From assembly GCA_964016885.1 (NCBI GenBank), contig OZ024743.1, positions 221,278,001 to 221,342,000 of the forward strand: DNA of 64,000 bases, in the 5' to 3' direction. A program made the translations under genes and the position numbers. This DNA comes from Eledone cirrhosa (lineage: Eukaryota). Positions 41,409-55,040 of the stretch are shown here, piece after piece (positions within the stretch are counted from its first letter, which is position 1; each line of letters begins with the position of its first letter). The notes beneath the pieces are model-generated. The model did not search any database and was not told where the DNA came from. It worked only from the letters and a program-made list of their open reading frames with translations.

Positions 41409-41460
41409 CAGTTAAAGAATTACAGACTTTAGAAACTGATGAATGGTGAGTGATGGAAGA

Positions 41461-43185
41461 GATAGAAGAGAGTGAGAGGGAGAGATGGATGGGGTAGGTG
41501 AGAGTGAGAGGAAGGGTGGATGGGGTAGGTGAGAGTGAGAGGGAAGGATGGATGGGGTAGGTGAGAGTGCGAGGGAAGGATGGATGGGGTAGAAGAGAGT
41601 GAGAGGGAAGGATGGATGGGGTAGAAGAGAGTGAGAGGGAAGGATGGATGGGGTAGGTGAGAGTGCGAGGGAAGGATGGATGGGGTAGAAGAGAGTGAGA
41701 GGGAAGGATGGATGAGGTAGAAGAGAGTGAGAGGGAAGGGTGGATGGGGTAGGTGAGAGTGCGAGGAAAGATGGATGGGGTAGGTGAGAGTGAGAGGGAA
41801 AGATGGATGGGGTAGGTGAGAGTGAGAGGGAAAGATGGATGGGGTAGAAGAGAGTGAGAGGGAAGGATGGATGGGGTAGGTGAGAGTGCGAGGGAAAGAT
41901 GGATGGGGTAGGTGAGAGTGAGAGGGAAAGATGGATGGGGTAGGTGAGAGTGCGAGGGAAGGATGGATGGGTAGGTGAGAGTGAGAGGGAAGGATGGATG
42001 GGGTAGAAGAGAGTGAGAGGGAAGGATGGATGGGGTAGAAGAGAGTGAGAGGGAAGGATGGATGGGGTAGGTGAGAGTGCGAGGGAAAGATGGATGGGTA
42101 GAAGAGAGTGAGAGGGAAGGATGGATGGGGTAGGTGAGAGTGAGAGGGAAGGATGGATGGGGTAGGTGAGAGTGAGAGGGAAGGATGGATGGGGTAGGTG
42201 AGAGTGAGAGGGAAGGATGGATGGGGTAGGTGAGAGTGAGAGGGAAGGATGGATGAGGTAGAAGAGAGTGAGAGGGAAAGATGGATGGGGTAGGTGAGAG
42301 TGAGAGGGAAGGATGGATGGGGTAGGTGAGAGTGAGAGGGAAAGATGGATGGGGTAGGTGAGAGTGAGAGGGAAAGATGGATGGGGTAGAAGAGAGTGAG
42401 AGGGAAAGATGGATGGGGTAGGTGAGAGTGAGAGGGAAAGATGGATGGGGTAGGTGAGAGTGAGAGGGAAGGATGGATGAGGTAGAAGAGAGTGAGAGGG
42501 AAAGATGGATGGGGTAGGTGAGAGTGAGAGGGAAGGATGGATGGGGTAGGTGAGAGTGAGAGGGAAAGATGGATGGGGTAGGTGAGAGTGAGAGGGAAGG
42601 ATGGATGGGGTAGGTGAGAGTGAGAGGGAAAGATGGATGGGGTAGGTGAGAGTGAGAGGGAAGGATGGATGGGGTAGGTGAGAGTGAGAGGAAAGATGGA
42701 TGGGGTAGGTGAGAGTGAGAGGGAAGGATGGATGGGGTAGGTGAGAGTGAGAGGAAGGATGGATGGGGTAGAAGAGAGTGAGAGGGAAGGATGGATGAGG
42801 TAGAAGAGAGTGAGAGGGAAGGATGGATGGGGTAGAAGAGAGTGAGAGGGAAGGGTGGATGGGGTAGGTGAGAGTGCGAGGGAAAGATGGATGGGGTAGG
42901 TGAGAGTGAGAGGGAAAGATGGATGGGGTAGGTGAGAGTGAGAGGGAAGGATGGATGGGGTAGGTGAGAGTGAGAGGGAAGGATGGATGGGGTAGGTGAG
43001 AGTGAGAGGGAAGGATGGATGGGGTAGGTGAGAGTGAGAGGGAAGGATGGATGAGGTAGAAGAGAGTGAGAGGGAAAGATGGATGGGGTAGGTGAGAGTG
43101 AGAGGGAAGGATGGATGGGGTAGGTGAGAGTGAGAGGGAAGGATGGATGGGGTAGGTGAGAGTGAGAGGGAAGGGTGGAGGAGGG
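41461..43185. repeat. 32-bp purine/G-rich minisatellite (~54 units)
   Basis: Unit GGATGGGGTAGGTGAGAGTGAGAGGGAAGGAT with AGAA/AGGT and GAAA/GAAG variants. Confidence 0.95.
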
Positions 43186-43852
43186 TAAAAAAGGGTGAGG
43201 AGGAAAGAGAGAGGAGATAAATGGGGGTGGGGAGGAAGGCTGGATGATGTAAAGTAGCTGATGAGGAGGAATGGAGGAGAGGGAAAGAGCGGCGGTCGAT
43301 TATGTTTTGAATTGAGATGTCGATAATTTAATAATCCAGTTAACAATGAAGGGTTAATATAATTGACCATAGCTGCTTGTCGTTGATTGTTGTGATAGGC
43401 TGTTCTGGTAAAACAATAGGTTGTTGGTGTAAAACAATAGGGCTGCAATAGGCCGAATAAATAGCATAGTGTACTGTAGTTGATAACCAGTCGAGAAGAG
43501 ATCGATGGTTCAAGGTGTGTCATCGATATTACATTTTGTATTTTTGTATAATATTTAAATCTAAAATGGGTCAGTTAGATAGCTGTAAAATAGGAACCAC
43601 TGAGATCTTATACTTGCCTGGCAGAAACTATTTGATTTAACTTCTGTCTTTCTGAAACAGCGTTAAGGCAAACAAAAACATCCTATTTTTCCAATTACGG
43701 GGAATTTCGTATTTTCTGGCATGCTTACATGCCAACATATTAAATATTTGTACACTAGATGTATACAGATATAATTATATATATATAGACATATGCATTA
43801 AACTAGTATATTTCTTCCTTGTACTGTGTCGTTTGGTTTGTTATTTCTGTTT

Positions 43853-43923
<71 letters not shown>

Positions 43924-43934
43924 TATATATATAT

Positions 43935-44035
<101 letters not shown>

Positions 44036-45444
44036 CAGAGTGGGAAAGGGAGAGTGAGAGAAAGCGGTGAGAGAGAGATTCAGCTAATTTCTTTCAAAAT
44101 TCACATCGGTAACCTTATATGCATATAGTATATATTCATTATATAACTTTCGATACTCCCAAACAATTATGGTCTCGAGAGATTCACCAAAGAGGTTTTG
44201 AATATGTATTAATGAGTAATTAATAACTATATTACAGTATATTAGCCGGGTAATATGACAACCTTGAAAGCACGTGATTTGTGATTAGAGAATTAGATTC
44301 GCAATCGTGATGTTGCGAGTTCAATTCTCGACCGAGTAATGCGCTATATCCTTGAACAATACACGTTATATCATGTTGCTCTTTCTGTTAGGAGTTGCGA
44401 CTGGTAGATAGTATCAGCAATGGAAAGAAGACTAAGAGAACCATTCTTTCGTTGGTCTGATTTGACGAGTTCCACCCACTTGGTTAACGAATGAAGTCTG
44501 GGAAATTGTCGATCTGTTCCTATGATAATCTTTAAAACGTTATTTGTTTCGATATTCTGATTTCAAATTCTGCTGTTTCACTATGCCTTTCTTCATTTCG
44601 GGGTCGATAAAAAGAAATAGTACCAGATCAGTCCTGGCAAAAAAACTTCTCTCCTTCCACCTGTCACATCCGAGATGTTCGGCTGAATTTAGAAGGAGTG
44701 CCTGCTTCAGACTGTATGGGTACCTACAACATTTAGAGAAAGCATGAAATATACTACCAACTTATCCTCAATTACGGGTGATGTTCTAAGGTTTAGATTT
44801 AGAGATTACTAGTGGACTACTGTCATCAATAATGACGGCAATAGCGTCGTGTGTATTGATTTTTGAAGCCCAGTATTGATATACCATAAATACCAGAAAC
44901 CAGGGTTACTGGATATATAAATAACATTAGAATGTAAGAAACATATTTTGATAAATTTATGGTTTGAACAAGAAAAAAACCTATAGTTTTTGTTGATTAC
45001 TGACGCATTGAAGGGATTGAAGATAAAATGATATTATAATAATATATTTCAAGGATATAATTACATAAATGCCCTACATGTAAGTACAAATCAGATATAC
45101 GTTTATATGCAAGAGTAACGTTGAAGAAATAACTATCCTGGAACCCAGGGTCATGTGGTTGGAAAGCGACCTAATTATTGTAGCACCATGACTGAGATAG
45201 GACATGCATTGGGTGTGTGTCCGTGTGTATATATATTTCTGTGTATAAATGACGTATTAATATCATGATCAACATACCATAACAGACCAGTTTGACAATC
45301 GCAACCGAATGTGAGAACATTCCTTAGAAAGTTATCAAGGACTTCATGTTCTCCACAGAAAATAACAAGAACATACCATAACTAATATCAATAACAACTT
45401 GCTGTAAAGATTCGAATTATTAAAGAACAACCACCACTGAAATT

Positions 45445-45586
<142 letters not shown>

Positions 45587-45609
45587 CATATATATACATA
45601 CATATATAT

Positions 45610-45708
<99 letters not shown>

Positions 45709-45709
45709 C

Positions 45710-45778
<69 letters not shown>

Positions 45779-45785
<7 letters not shown>

Positions 45786-45962
45786 TAAAATAACAGATTA
45801 AAGTTTAAGCAAAGAATCGGTGCTTTCACCCTTAACGGGATCTTCTGAAACTAAACTTTAATCTGTTATTTTAATAAATATTTGCTCTTCGGTTCTTATA
45901 TATTTGATATATATTTTCCTTATCGAGCCCTCTCTGGATTTAGTCTTCAATTTTATTATTAT

Positions 45963-45967
<5 letters not shown>
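45779..45967 (+). mobile_element. Fold-back family D element in (TA)n
   Basis: Reverse complement of 24097-24262; centre on minus strand reads CAGAAGA-TCCCGTTAAGGGT-GAAAGC. Confidence 0.8.
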
Positions 45968-46002
<35 letters not shown>

Positions 46003-46132
46003 CACTAATAAACAGTTTCTTTACTGTTAATATCTATTATTAATATATAATATTGTAACATCCTTAATTAAGATTTTAGTTTCATTTCATTGATAGAACT
46101 CAAAATACACACACCGACGCATGCAAGCATAT

Positions 46133-46199
<67 letters not shown>

Positions 46200-46506
46200 A
46201 CATATGTATATGCATACATATATATATGTATATATTCTTATGAACTTACTATACAGAAACAGTATCTCTGTACTACAGATTTAATCAAATCTAATTAATT
46301 TCTATTCGTTTAATAAGATTCTATCTGGAATGATCTCTACACAGTGATATATTCTTTTGTTTCTATTGAGTACAGAACGATATCAAACTTCTGCTAATCT
46401 TCTACCATTGTTTTGGTGACATATTTCAAAGAATAGCGTCACACTTCAAAGTTCTCTCTTTCACACACACACACACTCTCTCTCTCTCTCTCTCTCTCTC
46501 CCTCTC

Positions 46507-46549
<43 letters not shown>

Positions 46550-46776
46550 TCTCTCTCTCTCTCTCTCATTCTCTCTCTCACTCTCTATCTCTCAATTATT
46601 CTTTTTTCGCTGTACACACACATATATATATATGTATATATCATTCTCGCTCCGTCTCGCTCTCTCTGTATATCAGTATATATATATATCCACCGCACTC
46701 CCTCTCTCCGTTTATATATAGCTCTCTGTTTATCTGTCAATGTATGTGTTAATTAATCTGTCTATTCTATCAATGT

Positions 46777-46822
<46 letters not shown>

Positions 46823-47189
46823 TATGTTGCTATGTATATACGCATGTTATGTTTATACTTCATATCAATGTGTGTGTACGCGCTCGGGTCTATGTGTTTA
46901 TATGTGGATGTGAGTGTTTCTGATTTTAGTCACGAAATGAGAATGAACCTAACTGATCATTCATACAGTCTTTTGGAAGAAGTTCACCTGGTTCTTAAAC
47001 ATTTAATCTGCTTTTCATCTCTTCAAAACCATTTTACATATAGATTTTTCTACTACAAACACAGTGTTTACTGAATTATTTATCTTCTTATATATATTTT
47101 TGTACGTATCTGGGTTCAATGAGACGTCTATGATTTCCTGGGGACGTTGATATAAAACATTTGGTGGTCCCTGCTCTATATTCTAATTT

Positions 47190-47830
47190 ATAATCCAGGT
47201 GTTGTCAATTTACACTTCCCTCTCTAAGGAACAAGAAACGGCTACTTGTAATAGTCTAAGGCACCGTTGATCGACTTTACTCATGCTGTACACATATTAG
47301 TTCAGGTATAGCTTAGGTGTTAAGAAGTTCATCTCAGTTCAGCAGTAGTACCTTGAGAGCCAGCACATATACAAGCAACGAAAGAGGACACACTTGACGA
47401 ACAGAACGCGTGATATTGAAAGGCATTGAGAGGTAACCATTCATTTTGACAACAGCGCGGATACCACTGGGTATTGCAGTGATCCAGCACCTGGAAATGG
47501 GAACGATTCTGGTCGCTTCGGGGTCAGCAGCCGGATATCGGTGATCAACCGAATCGAACGCTTCCAGTTAATCCAAATTTATTAGGGCTCCATAGAAACC
47601 AGATTTCTGACCCAAACTCTGTATGTATCGCAAAATGTCTATGTTGCTGTGGATGAGCCTGCTCGGGATCGTGCACTATTGCAATTCTCCGACCAGACCA
47701 ACAACAACAACAACAAGCGCTAAACTCTTTGCCAGCTTCTTGCACAAAATCCTAAACTTTGTGTTCATCAAAGTTATGTGCTGGAACATATCAAGCTTAT
47801 CGTTCATTTCGGCGTCTTTTTTTTTTAACA
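47190..47830 (-). pseudogene. Possible decayed Tc1/mariner (maT-like) transposase 3' half with TIR remnant
   Basis: Minus-strand peptides IVHDPEQAH (QQDxAPAH-like), WFLWSPN (WPPxSPD-like) and AIPSGIRAVVKMNGY (MPRRIxAVIxxxG-like); CAGGTG near 47197. Confidence 0.4.
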
Positions 47831-48119
47831 TTGTTACCTAACCACGGCTTACAGAAATGGGAATTCTCTCGTTCTGCTGCCAGTTGTGAAGTTCTGATAG
47901 ACGTCAGCCAAAATATTACTTAACAAATCTGGCATAAAGTCGTCAATTTCATAGGGTTGATTATCCAAATATGACATCTTTATTTCTATCTGACGGCTAT
48001 TATCGTCTATCACAATATATCGTCCCTTCAGGGGATAGTTGAGGCAGGTCGACGAAGTAAGAGTTGAAGTTCCCCATAGACCCCGATAGATTGGCAGAAT
48101 CATTAGTGCTCGTACAAAT

Positions 48120-48303
48120 CAAATGTTTAGCATTATATGATGCGAGTGATTACGTTCTGAATTCAAATCCCACCAAAGTCAACTTTACATTTATTCCTTC
48201 CAAGATCAATAAAATAAAATACCAGTAAAGTACTGCGACCGATTTAATTGACTTGTCCCTCCCTTCAAGTTGCTGGCCATGTGCCAAAATTAGAAACAAT
48301 TAT
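48120..48303 (+). mobile_element. S1 SINE, long variant
   Basis: GAATTCAAATCCCACCAAAGTCAACTTTACATT...TACCAG...GCTGGCCATGTGCCAAAATTAGAAACAATTATT. Confidence 0.75.
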
Positions 48304-49386
48304 TATCATCTGCTACTTCTACTATTATATCTGTTTGATAGATAGTTGTTATCGAGAAAGAAAACGAATACAAAAAGATCCCCGGGGAAAAAATATTAAT
48401 ATTGATGGGTTTTGTTGCGCATAAGCAGAACGAATCTTCCTTCTCTCCTACTACTACAAGATCACCACGTATCATTCTAGTAGGTTACATAAACAATTAA
48501 ACATCACATACATATTTAAAGAATACAATTCCTTATAGCATAAGTTTATAGAAATATTTTAGCCGAATCTTGATTCTCTGAAGGCATAGTTAACACTGTC
48601 AATTTGTCACTAAAGAAAAATGGCTTTTTTATCAGTTTGTTTTTATTTTATTTCATATTTTTGTTTTAGTATGTTTTTCTTTCTTTCTTTCTTTCGTATC
48701 AAGATGTCGTGAGACAAAACATAAGTGCTTTCGGGAGTTTTTACCTAATCTTGCTATAGATTCGTTTTATTTTACTTTTTTTTTTTTTTTGCATTGTTCC
48801 TAGCATAGTGGCACAGTTATGAGGAAAGTACTACTTAATATTCAGTGAAAGATTTACGTCAAATTCAATGCTGCTTAGTCATTTATTGAAACTATCATCA
48901 GAAAATATCTTCAGTCTCGAAAATTAATTAGAAATTTCTTTAACAATATGCCAAAAACAGTTTATAGTTAGCCATCTTGATCTAAAATTAATTTAATACT
49001 CAACAAAGAACATCGATATAAAATAGAATTAAGAAAATATAGTATTATCTCTTATGTCGTCTACATAGTTATGAGAGTTTAAATCTGTTAACGATCAGCA
49101 TTCGATAAAAAGAGTTGTTATGAAGAGACATATTGATTCTGACTGGCATAGACACGGGAGCAGACATTTTGGGAGAGGCTGTGGTCGAACAGATCAACTC
49201 CTCACAGTACTTGATTGTTACATAATTTATCGACTCCACTTGAAAAGGGTGAAAGGCAAAATAGACATCTAAAAGTAGAAAGACAAGAAAGTGAGTATTG
49301 CAAAGCAATTTTATTTGATGCTCGACAGTTTCTGTCCACAATCGTCTGGTTTTCTGATAGATGGAGAATACAAAGTAGTCCCCAAA

Positions 49387-49500
<114 letters not shown>

Positions 49501-49709
49501 ATATATATATATATATATGAAAACAGGAAGAAAGATACGATTATTAGGAAGAAAAACATATTTTTTTCCTTTTTTGTTTCTCTCTCTCTCTTTTCAGGGT
49601 TTAAATGATTAAAACGAAATGTTTTACTTTGTGTGGAGTGTTAAGGTATTAGTTGATTTATTTATTATTTAACAATGGTATTTATTTATCTATTTATATA
49701 TTTAATAAT

Positions 49710-49771
<62 letters not shown>

Positions 49772-49777
49772 GTGAGA

Positions 49778-49832
<55 letters not shown>

Positions 49833-50041
49833 TGTGTGTGAGAGAGAGAGTGAAACCAAGAATAAAGCGATTAAATGCTATAGTTAATACCACAACAACG
49901 ATAAATAAAATTCTTTGTTAACTTTGTATTTAATTTGGATGAAAATCTATTAACTTTTCACACCATTGAGTGCTTTGAAACTGCCTCAAACAATTCGATT
50001 GGTATCTGCTATACTGCAGCTACAACTTCGATTTCTACCTA

Positions 50042-50103
<62 letters not shown>

Positions 50104-50123
50104 AGAGAGTGTGACGTGACGTT

Positions 50124-50207
<84 letters not shown>

Positions 50208-50237
50208 AGATCAAAAGATGGTTAAAAGAGTTCCATG

Positions 50238-50308
50238 TATTTTATTATGCGCATTTCAAAAACAAATATCATCATGCGATGACATTTGCGTTTTCGTCAG
50301 ATAAAATA
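50238..50308 (-). ncRNA. Minimal type-I hammerhead ribozyme, intact core
   Basis: Minus strand: TATTTTAT-CTGACGA-AAACGCAAATGTCATC(GCAT)GATGATATTTGTTTTT-GAAA-TGCGCA-TA|ATAAAATA; perfect palindromic stem III ATGCGCAT. Confidence 0.9.
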
Positions 50309-50740
50309 GGGAAACATGATATGAAGGTTAAAAAGCACTTGTGAATAGTGCAGTTTTAAATAAATTAAATTAAGTTATTTTCTTTTTATAGATGTAAACT
50401 CCCTATATTTTAAATAAGATTGATATTTTTCACTAACACATTTATCGTAAAATTTTATTCTCCTTAGATATTTACATTGGCATTATTCTTTTATAACATC
50501 AATTTTTCGTGTACCTTTTACCGACTTGACCTATTTTCATCCCTAAAATAATCTTTTCATTCATCATACTCTTTCCATTCAAAACTGAAATCTGCCTTCC
50601 TCTACCCCTAAATTAAAGTTCTATTACTACTATTTTACCATCTTGACCATTTACTACTTTTCTATTGGTCAATTCAAAACCTGTTCCCAAACAGACCTAT
50701 TATATTAAATCTTTGTTGGTTTTTTTTTCAATAAACAAAT

Positions 50741-50880
50741 ATCATTATTTCTGAAGACAGCATATATATGTGTAGGTGTGTATATTCCCTCTGATAGTTT
50801 GTAAAAATTTTACGTAGATCTAAATGATATACATACCAACACAAACATATATATCCTAGAAACGATCGTAAAATGATGAT
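50741..50880 (+). ncRNA. Type-I hammerhead with intact core and ~100-nt stem II
   Basis: ATCATTATTT-CTGAAGA-CAGCATATATATGTG...ACATATATATCCTA-GAAA-CGATCG-TA|AAATGATGAT; 10-bp stem I; palindromic stem III ACGATCGT; mismatches at the stem II base. Confidence 0.8.
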
Positions 50881-50930
50881 TTTTTTAATATAAGGAACTG
50901 TTTTTTGTTTTTATTCATTATTTTTATTCA

Positions 50931-51006
<76 letters not shown>

Positions 51007-51220
51007 ATATATATATAATATAATGTTAATAGGTTGATGAAATCAATACCACGAGGTACTTCACACAATTTATGGCGCTGCAATATCGTGCCCACACACT
51101 ATCCCACTCAATGGTAAATGGTATCATCAGTTGCAGAGTATACCTCTTCAGAATTCGGTAGTTAGGTGGTACAAATTGACTTCATTTATCAGGGCAATCA
51201 ACAATAGTTCAATATGATCG

Positions 51221-51294
<74 letters not shown>

Positions 51295-51323
51295 ATATCT
51301 ATCTATCTATCTATCTCTATCCT

Positions 51324-51443
<120 letters not shown>

Positions 51444-52450
51444 CTTTTAACCGTAAGTTATTGATTTGACAAAAAGAAATCGATGAAATAAGTACCGAAC
51501 TTGAAATAAATAAGTACTCGAAGGCAATGTTATAGAATGACAGCAATTTAATGGCGTAAATCAGTACGTATGTTTATACATCTGTAGTGCTTCAACTGCA
51601 ATAATTTATAAATTAAATTAGGAATTGGAAATTATCAGTTGTTCATTTGACAGTATCGCTGGAGAAGTATTTTACATGCCTCATTCTGTCCTGGCCGATC
51701 ATGGGTTTGCATCTGGAAGCTTCCTTTCGTGGCACATGACCGGACAAGATAATTTTGTGAAATATTAACAGTTATTCATGCATATAACTCTCTCCTCTAT
51801 GATGATGCCCAATCTAAAGCCCAGCACAGTTTGGCACCAATGTCGTAGTTGCAACTCGTTCCTTCTTGCTAAATGGACTGAAAAACGTGAAATATATTGT
51901 CTAGGTCAAGGACTAAACGAGGACGTTTGATTCAGGAATCGAACTCATGATCTTACGATTATGAGCCCATATTCCTAACTCGCATTCACAAACAATGCTA
52001 TCAAAAGTTGTACCGTCAGAGAGCTTGCCACTGGCATCAGCAGGAGAATTGAGAAATTGTTCTCTATTTTTGTTAGCTTGTATTTCAGAACTAACATATT
52101 TGTCTGAAAGGAATGCACACTTCTATGCTGCCTTGACACAAATACCCAAACTGCTATACAAGAGAAGCCTCTCGCTGTGCTGCGATGACTACTCATTTGG
52201 AACTTACAGACATATTCCTATAGATTATTCAGCTATGGAAGTCTCACGGTTTTTTATAATCCTTTACTGGTTTCATTCATTTGGGAGCGTTCAAGGTATT
52301 TGGTCGACCATGTCAAATCTAGTGAATAATCTTTAACGGCTAGTAGATATTCTATCGAGCTCTCTCTTTTTCGTAGAACCACTAAGTAATGGGACATAAA
52401 TACTGAGACAACCTTAAATGTAAAAACAGACTTGGACCGTCCCCCCCCCT

Positions 52451-52500
<50 letters not shown>

Positions 52501-52538
52501 TATTTATTTATATAACATGTATACTTATATGTATGTGT

Positions 52539-52576
<38 letters not shown>

Positions 52577-52625
52577 CATATAAGTATACATGTTATATAA
52601 ATAAATAAATATATATATATATATA

Positions 52626-52759
52626 TAAACAAAGAAAGTGTGGTAAGAAACCAGATGGATCATAACGCACCAGAGTACTCGATACTTAGAGTAGTAGGGA
52701 AAGAGTTAGGACCCCGACGGCTGAGCTCCGGCCGTTTCGACAGTTAAATCCGAACAGTT

Positions 52760-52764
<5 letters not shown>
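52626..52764 (-). mobile_element. Family A element truncated in the stem-II hairpin
   Basis: Conserved tail; minus strand ATCCGAAC-TG-TTCGGATTTAACTGTC-GAAA-CGGCCG-GAGCTCAGCCGTCGGGGTCC; (TA)n on both sides. Confidence 0.8.
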
Positions 52765-52798
<34 letters not shown>

Positions 52799-53491
52799 CC
52801 CCAAAAAATATGTTTGCGAAGTGAGCACCTTAACCACAAATCCATGTCTGTGTCTAAACATACAGGGAATATATGAGAGAATTGAGCTGTGCACTTTGAA
52901 ATGGCTATCATATGATCAGACTTGACTGGGCTGAGTTCAGCCTAGCGCGACAGGATTAATATGGCGAATGTTGATGTTTTTGATATGTTATAACAACGTG
53001 TTAGCAAAGGAGTTGATAATAAATTTAAACCGACTTTCGTATTATTTATTATTGAATTACTTTGCTACTTCAGAGAAGGTAATTGTCGGGTAGGTCATTG
53101 AACAACATAATAGAAGAGAAAGCAGAGACATGTTTAGAATAAAACTATTGTTTCTTCCAGACAAATAAATAGTGGATGTATTGTCATAGCAGAAAGCAAA
53201 GGCTATGTTTAATATGAATGATATGAAAAATTTTCACTTGAAGTTGATAAATAGTAATTTTCTCCAATTAGAAGAGAAACTTAATAAGATGTTTAAGTGC
53301 TGTTTAAAGCCAACTCATTGACAGTAGATTTGCCTGATCATAGGCAATTGATTGAAACAACTAAAACTAAGCCAACCAGCTGCTTGCCTTGTCTGTCTCT
53401 AATAACTTCGAGTTTTATATATCAACATTTATACAAATTTTGTGGAATGGCAGTATGTATGTATGTATGTATATATATGTGTATGTATGTA

Positions 53492-53528
<37 letters not shown>

Positions 53529-53531
53529 ATG

Positions 53532-53623
<92 letters not shown>

Positions 53624-53764
53624 CATATATATACACACATATATATATGTATATATATGTATATACATATATATACATATATGTATATACATATATATAT
53701 ATACATATTTATATATAATGTATATATATGTATATATATGTATATGTATATATATATATGTGTG

Positions 53765-54506
<742 letters not shown>

Positions 54507-55040
54507 AATAGATACATAAAGCCATAAACGTTGGCGGAAAGTAAAGAAAGTAAGATATATGATTGCGTGCTAAATTATAAAAGAATAGCAGTTCGTTATT
54601 TTTATTTCCCCAATTATCATTACGGGGTGAAAGAGCTTGTCTGTTTGTTATGTCTAGTCTAAAGCACATTAGTCTTCCCGGTCACTCTATCTCCCCAGAG
54701 ATATCTCCAACGGCGCCCATCATGAAATGAAATACTTTATCAGCTGTCATACATACTTTTCTTTTGCTTGTTTAGAAATAATATATGTGGCTGCAACGTC
54801 TTTCTTATATAACCCAATTGAAATGCTCATCCACATGTATGTATGTATGTGTGTATATATATATTTATGTATGAGTGTATGTGTGTATGTGTGTGTATGT
54901 GTATGTATGTTTTTATATATATGTGTATATATATATATAGTTTTGCGAGGTTTTTCGATATGAAATCGTGTGTCGAAACAAATATTGTTATACTTGGGGA
55001 GGGTCATATTTGTGTTATATTGCCAGAATTAATAACATAT

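Noticed and set aside
41412-43523. 703-aa minus-strand ORF
   Set aside because: It is a translation of a 32-bp minisatellite whose pyrimidine strand lacks stops. The unit is not a multiple of 3 and no domain is recognisable.
47849-48103. 84-aa minus-strand ORF with ordinary composition
   Set aside because: No recognisable motif or splice context; it cannot be supported without a homology search.
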